Shown here piece after piece: positions 56,841 to 64,000 of a stretch of DNA of 64,000 nucleotides; the first letter of the stretch is position 1, and each line of letters begins with the position of its first letter. The position numbers were made by a program, and so were the translations under genes. This DNA is from a virus (taxonomy: Duplodnaviria; Caudoviricetes), in the IMG/VR virus record IMGVR_UViG_3300013902_000016, positions 401 through 64,400 of that record. One strand, 5' to 3'. Under the pieces are notes generated by a model. The model was not told where the DNA came from. It saw only the letters and a list, made by a program, of their open reading frames with translations, and did not search any database.

Positions 56841-57704
56841 ATGCAGGAGTTTTCAGCACTTAATATGACAGAAAATGCTGTTACAGCCATACAAAAAATG
56901 CAAAAAAGCATAGAAAGTACGGCGTCTAATTTTAGCGGAGCAGCGTTTCCGACAGAAAACTTACAAATCGGTATGCTGTGTATGCGTACTGATTTAAATA
57001 ATAATATATATAAACTAACAGCAATCAATCCTGCAAAATGGGAGCAAGTGGGCGTAGCGGCTACAACTGCAACTAAATTATATACGGCTCGCACGCTTAA
57101 ACTTACAGGAAAAGCGGTTGGATCTGTTTCCACAGATTTTTCCGGCGATGCGTCTATAAACGTAACAAGCGTAACGGCTGATACTGCAAAAAAAGCGGAT
57201 AGTGCGACAACAGCAACAACAGCTACCAACGCAACAAATGCCGATAATGCAAAAAAAGCAGTAAGTGCTACAAGTGCTACAAGTGCTACTAAACTAGACC
57301 ATAATGTTAACATTAGTTTGACTGGGGCTGTAACCGGGAATGTCACAACCAATTTAGCAGATGGGACACTTAATCTGCAAATGGCAGGAGATGCCAACCA
57401 ATTTAAAAACATTACGGTAACCGGCTCACAACAGCCCAAAAAATATATAGATTTACAAACAAAGAGGACAAGTTCTATTGACTCAAGTTGGACGGAAGGA
57501 AGCGGCAACATATCAACAGCATACAGAAGGTATGAATGTGAAGATAATGAAATCCCAGCAGGAACGTACAGCCTGCAGGATATATTGCAGCGGCTTGTTA
57601 ATGCGTGCCACAAACACTATATAAGAGGTATTACAGTAAAAAGTAATTGTGATTGTAAGTGTGATTGTAAGTGTGATTGTACTGGCGGCAACGATGAAGA
57701 ATAA
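56841..57704 (+). CDS. Tail-fibre-like protein with Cys-rich C-terminus (putative rSAM substrate)
   Basis: A/T-rich fibre repeats ATKLYTART; ends NCDCKCDCKCDCTGGNDEE (57645-57680). Confidence 0.65.
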   Translation: MQEFSALNMTENAVTAIQKMQKSIESTASNFSGAAFPTENLQIGMLCMRTDLNNNIYKLTAINPAKWEQVGVAATTATKLYTARTLKLTGKAVGSVSTDFSGDASINVTSVTADTAKKADSATTATTATNATNADNAKKAVSATSATSATKLDHNVNISLTGAVTGNVTTNLADGTLNLQMAGDANQFKNITVTGSQQPKKYIDLQTKRTSSIDSSWTEGSGNISTAYRRYECEDNEIPAGTYSLQDILQRLVNACHKHYIRGITVKSNCDCKCDCKCDCTGGNDEE

Positions 57705-58584
57705 CATCAAGTTAGGAAGAATATGTATACCACTCGGCATTAAGTGTAATTTATCGTGTGAATATTGTTATCGAGATATATGCCGAAAAGAAATACCGCG
57801 TAAAGCGACAAACAAGTTTTTGTCATATTTAAAATCGTTAGACACAAGCACTTATGCGGTCATATTTAGTGGCGGGGAACCGTTGCTTTATATAGATACA
57901 ATAAGGAAAATAACCGGTATCCTTCCTAAACATATACACAAAAAAGTAATGACAAACGGGTTACTTCTTACTGAAGAATTGGTTGATTATTTTAATAATA
58001 ACGATTTTGAGGTACATATATCACACGACGGCAAACATACCAAAGAATTGCGGGGACAAGACGTATTTAAAAACAAGTTACAACTTATAAAAAAAATACG
58101 ATATTTACGAATTGTATCGGTTATCAGCAATCAAAATACAAATGTTATGAAGGTATACCAATATATACAAAACAAGTTGAATAGACCGTTTTATTTCGAA
58201 GCAAGCCCGATTATCCCAACTGGGGAAAATGATAATTTAATAACAGGGTTTAATTATGATAGGTTTGAAAAAACATTGGCGGAAGTTTTGAGGATACGAA
58301 ATAAATCGCCATTCGAATGGTATCACAACAAACCGAGTGGTATGGGATTAAATGTGCTATTGGATGGCAGTATTGTAGGAATGGGCACGCTTAATAAATA
58401 CGGTACGGTATGGGATACAGAAGAAACCATTCGCAACAACTTTTTAGCCAAAGAACAAAAAGGCATTGCATATTGTCAGCAATCAATATGTTCTATAAAA
58501 CCATGTTCTATGAATAAAAGCCTTGCTTGTCAACACATGTGCAGAATAAATCGTATACGACACGATATAAATGATGAGGTGTAA
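57694..58584 (+). CDS. Radical SAM protein 1
   Basis: CNLSCEYC, SGGEP, TNG, SHDG; short Cys-rich C-terminus. Confidence 0.9.
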   Translation: MKNNIKLGRICIPLGIKCNLSCEYCYRDICRKEIPRKATNKFLSYLKSLDTSTYAVIFSGGEPLLYIDTIRKITGILPKHIHKKVMTNGLLLTEELVDYFNNNDFEVHISHDGKHTKELRGQDVFKNKLQLIKKIRYLRIVSVISNQNTNVMKVYQYIQNKLNRPFYFEASPIIPTGENDNLITGFNYDRFEKTLAEVLRIRNKSPFEWYHNKPSGMGLNVLLDGSIVGMGTLNKYGTVWDTEETIRNNFLAKEQKGIAYCQQSICSIKPCSMNKSLACQHMCRINRIRHDINDEV

Positions 58585-58586
58585 AT

Positions 58587-59648
58587 ATGATAAATAGAGT
58601 TAACTTGATGATGGGGAATAAATGTAATTTCCATTGTCGGCATTGTATACAAAACGATTCAGTAAAAGACCAACCATTAGAATTACCTAGTGATAGGGTA
58701 ATAAAATATATCAAACGATTGGCAAATATTCGCCCTCAAGATAAAGGCAAGCTAGATATATGTTTTTGGGGTGGCGAACCACTAATGTACGTGGATGTAA
58801 TACGATATGTCGTGGAAAAGGTAAAGAATGCAGAATATACAATTGTAACCAATGGATGGTTGCTAAACGAAACCATAGTTAACTATTGCAATGAACACAA
58901 TATAACCGTAGTGCTTAGCAATGATGGTATACACACATCCAAAGTTCGTGGTAAAAACATGCTTGAAAACAACCGGTTTATACACTTGTTTAAACGCCTA
59001 GAAAATAAAGGTGTTGATTCTTGTATCACGGCATATAATCAAGATTATTATGCGTTATGGGATTATATAGAATCAAAGCTAGGCAAAGATATACCAATTT
59101 TTCATGAAATGCTAGAATGCACATGGGACATGCCAAAAGATTTGTATGCGTTTAACCTAGAAAACTATCAAAAAACAATGGATACGATTGTGGAGAATGC
59201 ATATAACAAGCTAATACACGGAGAAATAGGCAGAGAATATATGCTTATTTCAGATACAGTAAGTCGCATGTGTAAAATTGTTGATGGCAAACCGGTACAA
59301 GAATATAAGTGTTCCCAAATGCGTAATATGATAAGCATTGATTTAAAAGGCAATGTATATGCATGTCATAATGCGTGCAAGGTATTGGGGACGGTGACAG
59401 AGGATCGAGAAGTACTGAAAGAACGATACAACAAATATCTTCAAAATAAAAAGTTGGATGATTGTAAGCTGTGCGAATGGCGTAGCGTGTGTGGTAATGG
59501 GTGCCCTAATTCATACGATGTTTTCCCTGGCAAAGCCTCGTCTTGTGAGGTAAAAAAAATATTTATGTCAGCTTGCATGAGCTTTCTAAAGAAATTACAA
59601 AACTCGCTAGAGGATGTAGACTTGGAGGATAGTTATGATTGTGATTAG
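58587..59648 (+). CDS. Radical SAM/SPASM protein 2
   Basis: CNFHCRHC, WGGEP, TNG, SNDG; C...IDLKGNVYAC...CKLCEWRSVCGNGC SPASM. Confidence 0.92.
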   Translation: MINRVNLMMGNKCNFHCRHCIQNDSVKDQPLELPSDRVIKYIKRLANIRPQDKGKLDICFWGGEPLMYVDVIRYVVEKVKNAEYTIVTNGWLLNETIVNYCNEHNITVVLSNDGIHTSKVRGKNMLENNRFIHLFKRLENKGVDSCITAYNQDYYALWDYIESKLGKDIPIFHEMLECTWDMPKDLYAFNLENYQKTMDTIVENAYNKLIHGEIGREYMLISDTVSRMCKIVDGKPVQEYKCSQMRNMISIDLKGNVYACHNACKVLGTVTEDREVLKERYNKYLQNKKLDDCKLCEWRSVCGNGCPNSYDVFPGKASSCEVKKIFMSACMSFLKKLQNSLEDVDLEDSYDCD

Positions 59649-60327
59649 ACGCCCGTTACAAAATGGCGAAAAGAATAAAGTGGATTATGATATTGATTTG
59701 AATAACGACAGTATCACATTTTCTTTTAGTACAACGTATATGGGGCAAGATGTAAAAGATAGCGTATCAATCCCGTTCAGCACATATAAGGACGTCATAT
59801 TGCATTTGTCTTTACAATTAACACATAAAATAGAAACAAGGTTATATCCGCTATATGAATTGCAATCGCGGTATAACGTAATTAGCGAAACAAACAATGA
59901 TGCGTTTGTTCTTGCACGCATATCTATTAATGAAACTTGTGATGACATAGTAATCTTTTTAAACAGCCCGACGGATTACACCTGTAAGGTAGCCAAGACG
60001 ATAGACTGCGAACCAAACACATCAAAATCGAAAATGATGATGATGTATTCGCCGTATTATACCAAAAGAGCTGAAAATATTCGTAAAAAGTGGGATATGA
60101 TGGCAAACCTTGATATATACGATACCGTTACATATCTTGAATCACAAGTAGATGCATTAACAAAAATCGCCTTGGGTAATAACGGTGAAGATGTTAAAGA
60201 TGTATTAAAAGCGGCTGATGAACATAGCGTGTTTAATATAAAAAGCAAGGAAAAAATGATTAACGAAATGCACAAAGATAAGGCAAAAATTCGTTCGTTG
60301 CAAAAGGAGTATTATGACAAAGCGTAA
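59635..60327 (+). CDS. Hypothetical protein inside rSAM cluster
   Basis: Overlaps both neighbours; no recognised motif. Confidence 0.6.
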   Translation: MIVIRRPLQNGEKNKVDYDIDLNNDSITFSFSTTYMGQDVKDSVSIPFSTYKDVILHLSLQLTHKIETRLYPLYELQSRYNVISETNNDAFVLARISINETCDDIVIFLNSPTDYTCKVAKTIDCEPNTSKSKMMMMYSPYYTKRAENIRKKWDMMANLDIYDTVTYLESQVDALTKIALGNNGEDVKDVLKAADEHSVFNIKSKEKMINEMHKDKAKIRSLQKEYYDKA

Positions 60328-61300
60328 AAAAATAGTACTAAAACTTGGTGGTATGTGCAACTTACATTGCAAAAATTGCCATTGCATGCCACTTAAATTT
60401 GAGTATAATCCGGATATTATAGACCGGATCAATCGCAATCAAATAGAGGTTATTCATCTTGGCGGTGGAGAACCTTTTATGTACTTTGATTTAATCCGCA
60501 AAATAGTCCCAAAGATACATGTAAAGCAAATCGGATTAACCACAAACGGCACGTTATTAACCGATGAAATAATTGAATTTTGCAATAAGTATAATATACG
60601 AGTTGCTTTTTCTTATGATGGTCAGAACAGCAAACGTGACCCCGTTCTACCTGATTATGAAAGAATAAAAAAACTAAAACACATTGGTACATCCTCTGTT
60701 TTCTATCATGGCAATACCGATATACGACAGATGGAAAACGACTTACACAGGCTTGGCGAAATTTACGATATAGATTCGTGTAAAAGAAACATCACATTTT
60801 TGCCAGCATTTGTACATCAAACAAAAAATGCACCAAACAGCGACACTACAAGAGAAGATGCTAAAAAATATATTTTGCAAGTAGGTCGTTTATTCGAACT
60901 TGGATTTATACAGTACAACAAAAATCAAAAATATTCATTGGGTGCTGTATTTAACTTTATTCGTCATTATTTGAATCACAAACCATATACGATTGGATGC
61001 AGGTGTTGCAATCCTAACAATGTGTCGTTGGCTATTGATGGACGCTTTATACTTTGCCCATATGGAAATGATTTTGTTGGCGATATATATAAAGGCGTAG
61101 ACTGGGGAGCAGTAGAAAAACATATACCGGATAAATGCAAGGCATGTGCATTGCGTAAATATTGCGGTACGTCCTGCGTAGCTCAAATTACGGATAACGA
61201 ATGTTATATTTTTAGATGTTTGTACAGACATTATAAAAAGTTGTTAAAAAAGTACAACATAAACGAAAAAGAAATTCTTAGTTTAGATTTTGATTCATAA
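60314..61300 (+). CDS. Radical SAM/SPASM protein 3
   Basis: CNLHCKNC, GGGEP, TNG, SYDG; GRFILC...CKACALRKYCGTSC. Confidence 0.9.
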   Translation: MTKRKKIVLKLGGMCNLHCKNCHCMPLKFEYNPDIIDRINRNQIEVIHLGGGEPFMYFDLIRKIVPKIHVKQIGLTTNGTLLTDEIIEFCNKYNIRVAFSYDGQNSKRDPVLPDYERIKKLKHIGTSSVFYHGNTDIRQMENDLHRLGEIYDIDSCKRNITFLPAFVHQTKNAPNSDTTREDAKKYILQVGRLFELGFIQYNKNQKYSLGAVFNFIRHYLNHKPYTIGCRCCNPNNVSLAIDGRFILCPYGNDFVGDIYKGVDWGAVEKHIPDKCKACALRKYCGTSCVAQITDNECYIFRCLYRHYKKLLKKYNINEKEILSLDFDS

Positions 61301-61313
61301 AGGAGATAATACT

Positions 61314-61484
61314 ATGGAAAAAGAACATGTAAACGTATTTAGTGAAAATGGCGAAATAACAGCTGCTCCTGCATTTGACAGCCCTGAAGAAGAAGCAAAA
61401 TACTACGAAGAAGAACAAAAACGCAAAGAACAAGAAGAAAGCCACAAAGCACCAGTATTTAGTGAAAATGGAGATGCGGAATAG
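61314..61484 (+). CDS. Small acidic 56-aa protein
   Basis: RBS aaggag; VFSENG at both ends. Confidence 0.5.
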   Translation: MEKEHVNVFSENGEITAAPAFDSPEEEAKYYEEEQKRKEQEESHKAPVFSENGDAE

Positions 61485-61492
61485 GTGATTCT

Positions 61493-62314
61493 ATGGACTT
61501 AACTAAAAACGTCAACGAAATAATTACAGATATGGCAGCTGTAATAGATAACTTAAAAACCGCACTGGATGGTAAACTCGGAAAAAGTGATAATGCGGTA
61601 TCAGCTACTAAGCTACAGACAGCTCGTAAAATTAACGGCGTCGCATTTGACGGTACAAGCAATATATCTGCACCGTGGTCAATTGTTAATAACTCAGTAA
61701 AAATAGATTTAACAGATTCCAAGTATGACCAAGATACCTGGTATCCAGTAAAATACAATGGTTTCACTCTGCAAGACGTAAATATAACGCACACATGCTA
61801 TGCTATCCTTGGTGATGGCGATAATCCGACGTGGGGTTCCCACAATAATGGGTTCACGTCTATTAAGTCGGTGACGCTAACAAACTCAGTTTGGGGAAAC
61901 TATAGTAAAGTAGCATATTTTACTTTAAATCAAGAGTTGTGGGTAAAGAATAATCAATCCCATCCATCAATTATTCCGTACTTATTTACAGAAGATGCGA
62001 ACGGCTTTTTCTGGTATCTGCGTGGCGGCGGTATTTATTATCTGTATCTTGAGAATAAAAGTTTACAAGCTACTATATATACAAGTAGAACAACTTTTGC
62101 CAATAATCATTATACAGAGCCAACTAAAAATCCGCCAGCAACTAATATATCGAACAGATTAGTTACATCTGATATGCTACAGACCGTAGCTACGTCCGGG
62201 TCATATACCGACTTGAAGAACAAGCCGACAATCCCAAGCAAGGTATCTCAACTGACTAATGACAGCGGGTACTTGACTGGTTCAACTGGTGTAACTTTTA
62301 CAATCACAGATTAA
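61493..62314 (+). CDS. Tail fibre/receptor-binding protein
   Basis: SATKLQTARKINGVAFDGT and SGSYTDLKNKPTIPSKVSQLTND fibre motifs. Confidence 0.65.
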   Translation: MDLTKNVNEIITDMAAVIDNLKTALDGKLGKSDNAVSATKLQTARKINGVAFDGTSNISAPWSIVNNSVKIDLTDSKYDQDTWYPVKYNGFTLQDVNITHTCYAILGDGDNPTWGSHNNGFTSIKSVTLTNSVWGNYSKVAYFTLNQELWVKNNQSHPSIIPYLFTEDANGFFWYLRGGGIYYLYLENKSLQATIYTSRTTFANNHYTEPTKNPPATNISNRLVTSDMLQTVATSGSYTDLKNKPTIPSKVSQLTNDSGYLTGSTGVTFTITD

Positions 62315-62326
62315 GGAGCTGATAGA

Positions 62327-62989
62327 ATGGCAAATCCAATAAAAAAATGCGTGCTTCATGGTGCAGTCAATAACGAGACCGTCGACCTGTACCCACGCAC
62401 GAATTTAGCGTCGGTCAGTGACATGACAGCGTTTGCAAGAACGCTCAACGGAGCGGCAGACGCAGCGGCGGCACGAAATACGCTTGGAACCACGACCCAA
62501 GCGGCACTCATTAATATTATCTATCCGGTCGGCTCGGTAATCACGCTGACAAATGACACCGACCCGAACAAAATTTACAGCGGTACAACGTGGGTCAAAA
62601 TGGATGCAGGGCGTGTACTCGTATCAGCGGGCACGTACACCGAGGGAAGCGATACGTATACTTATACACTCGGCGACAAGGGCGGCGAAGCCAAGCATCA
62701 ACTCACTGTCGATGAGTTAGCACAACATAATCATTCAGCTAGTATAAGCAGTGTTGGTAGCCATGCTCATGGTATCCGTCGCAGACTTGGTTACACTAAC
62801 GATGCAAATGAAGTATCATCTTGGGGTACTGGTCCAGCCTATTATAGACTGAGCGAAGTAGCGCAAGCCTCAACGGAATATGCCGGAGGCTTTAATCAAA
62901 CAATTTCAGTAAATAATACCGGCGGCAACAAATCGCATGAGAATAGACAGCCATATACTGTTGTCAACATATGGCACAGAACAGTTTAA
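62327..62989 (+). CDS. Variable tail fibre (gp10-C/collar-like), expressed shufflon cassette A
   Basis: IYPVGS...GTTW...GRVLV...GGEAKHQLTVDEL, HxH repeats, HENRQPY..V..WHRT. Confidence 0.8.
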   Translation: MANPIKKCVLHGAVNNETVDLYPRTNLASVSDMTAFARTLNGAADAAAARNTLGTTTQAALINIIYPVGSVITLTNDTDPNKIYSGTTWVKMDAGRVLVSAGTYTEGSDTYTYTLGDKGGEAKHQLTVDELAQHNHSASISSVGSHAHGIRRRLGYTNDANEVSSWGTGPAYYRLSEVAQASTEYAGGFNQTISVNNTGGNKSHENRQPYTVVNIWHRTV

Positions 62990-63284
62990 GCGGTGCGTTT
63001 CCACATTTGTACGACAGTGTACGGCGAACGGTTTTCATGTGGTAAATTTCCGCCAGTGTTCGAGATACTCCCTGTGTGACTGTGGCTTGCATTTATAAAT
63101 GTATTCCCGTTGCCCTGTTTACCGCCTTCAGCAGATACATGACTGCTTCCGTATTTTTTTACACTGATAATCCCGTCAGCTGTTCTATTATTGTATTCGG
63201 GTGCAAAATTATCATATATATTACCGCTAAGAGACGAGCTGCTTGTAACTATGCTATGTGTATGTTGTGCTAACTCATCGACAG
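62986..63284 (-). other. Silent shufflon cassette B
   Basis: SVDELAQHTH...HENRSPYTVVQMWKRTA; stop overlaps cassette A stop. Confidence 0.8.
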
Positions 63285-63299
63285 ACAATTATTTATACT

Positions 63300-63571
63300 C
63301 TGTCGATGAAATGCCAACTCATAGTCATAGTGCGAGTGTCTCGACTGTCGGAAACCACACACATACAGTTGGATGGGCAGATGAAAATTCACCAAAACAA
63401 AATGGAATTGATTCAGAATCAAATACTCAGCAAAATCCAAAAATGTATACAACTACATCAGAAAACGGCATGCATACACACACGGTTACAATTAACAACA
63501 ACGGAAACGGAATAAAAGCAAACAACATGCAGCCGTATACAGTCGTTAACTACTGGAAGCGTACAGTCTAA
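63300..63571 (+). other. Silent shufflon cassette C
   Basis: SVDEMPTHSH...NNMQPYTVVNYWKRTV. Confidence 0.8.
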
Positions 63572-63837
63572 GCCGTTCTCTTCCATCTCGACACTACTTC
63601 ATACGGCATGCGGTTTTCATGCTTAAAATTACTGCCAGTCAGTGCAATGCTTGCGCTAAGACTATGCGCCCCTGCGTTTGTCGTACTTCTGTACCATCTT
63701 GGTGGATTGTCTGTACCATCGAAGGCGTTTTGCCCATTACCACTTGCAGTATCCGAATCGCCGACGCCGTGCGAATGATTCCCAACACTGCTGATAGAAA
63801 TACCGTGACCATGTGACGCTAACTCATCGACAGTGAG
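63568..63837 (-). other. Silent shufflon cassette D
   Basis: LTVDELASHGH...HENRMPYEVVSRWKRTA; stop overlaps cassette C stop. Confidence 0.8.
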
Positions 63838-63918
63838 CTTTGAAAATAGTAAAAAAGTCAAGCGCAATCACGACAAACTGTTATAAATGCATGGCAAATC
63901 TAGGTTAAAGGCGGGAAC

Positions 63919-64000
63919 ATGTATGGAGTAATTGCAAAAATAAGCGAATTTCAAAAGCTGCATTTGGCGAAAGAAATGGCACAACAGAGCGGACTGCACG
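63919..64000 (+). CDS. 3'-truncated ORF, candidate shufflon invertase
   Basis: MYGVIAKISEFQKLHLAKEMAQQSGLH runs off the window; identity inferred from position only. Confidence 0.3.
   Translation, partial: MYGVIAKISEFQKLHLAKEMAQQSGLH

Larger units (their letters stand above)
62702..63837. repeat. Four alternating recombination sites, core CTGTCGATGA
   Basis: +62706, -63275, +63300, -63824; 24-bp identity 62706-62729 vs 63261-63284 and 20-bp identity 62702-62721 vs 63818-63837. Confidence 0.85.

Noticed and set aside
57694-61300. Queuosine/7-deazaguanine DNA-modification cluster (QueE)
   Set aside because: No queC/queD/folE/dpdA-like genes seen; SPASM-type C-termini and tail-module location fit peptide or protein modification better
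62327-63837. Diversity-generating retroelement explanation for the repeated fibre tips
   Set aside because: No reverse transcriptase; copies are divergent throughout and alternate in orientation, fitting inversion
1-64000. Alternative genetic code (TAG/TGA readthrough)
   Set aside because: Core genes such as the capsid and giant gene are intact and end properly at TAG/TAA/TGA

Overview
The whole window is a near-complete, apparently circularly permuted temperate phage genome with podovirus-like architecture: no tape-measure or major tail gene, but large ejection-type proteins. Host is inferred to be a low-GC gut Firmicute, probably a diderm Negativicute (inference from gene style and a spanin-like gene pair; not database-verified). 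Order: end of a tail-fibre gene and small morons (1-1668); head-completion and ejection genes, including a Hint-domain protein and a 5264-aa DarB-like polyvalent protein (1665-22894); lysis (22974-24652); a six-gene accessory cassette (24712-27398); an attP-like region, integrase and ImmA/cI-cro switch (27430-31898); recombination, replication and nucleotide genes (32178-43488); terS/terL, tRNA-Ile(UAU), portal, scaffold, capsid and adaptors (44579-53230); tail genes (53235-63840). Most notable: (i) three radical-SAM enzymes in the tail module directly behind a tail-fibre-like protein ending in NCDCKCDCKCDC, suggesting RiPP-type modification of a virion protein; (ii) a four-cassette tail-fibre shufflon with a 10-bp core CTGTCGATGA; (iii) an overlapped non-lipoprotein spanin-like pair; (iv) three RBS-led ORFs overprinted in one alternative frame of the giant gene; (v) a C-terminal Hint domain on a putative ejection protein. 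All family assignments come from motif recognition by eye, not from searches.
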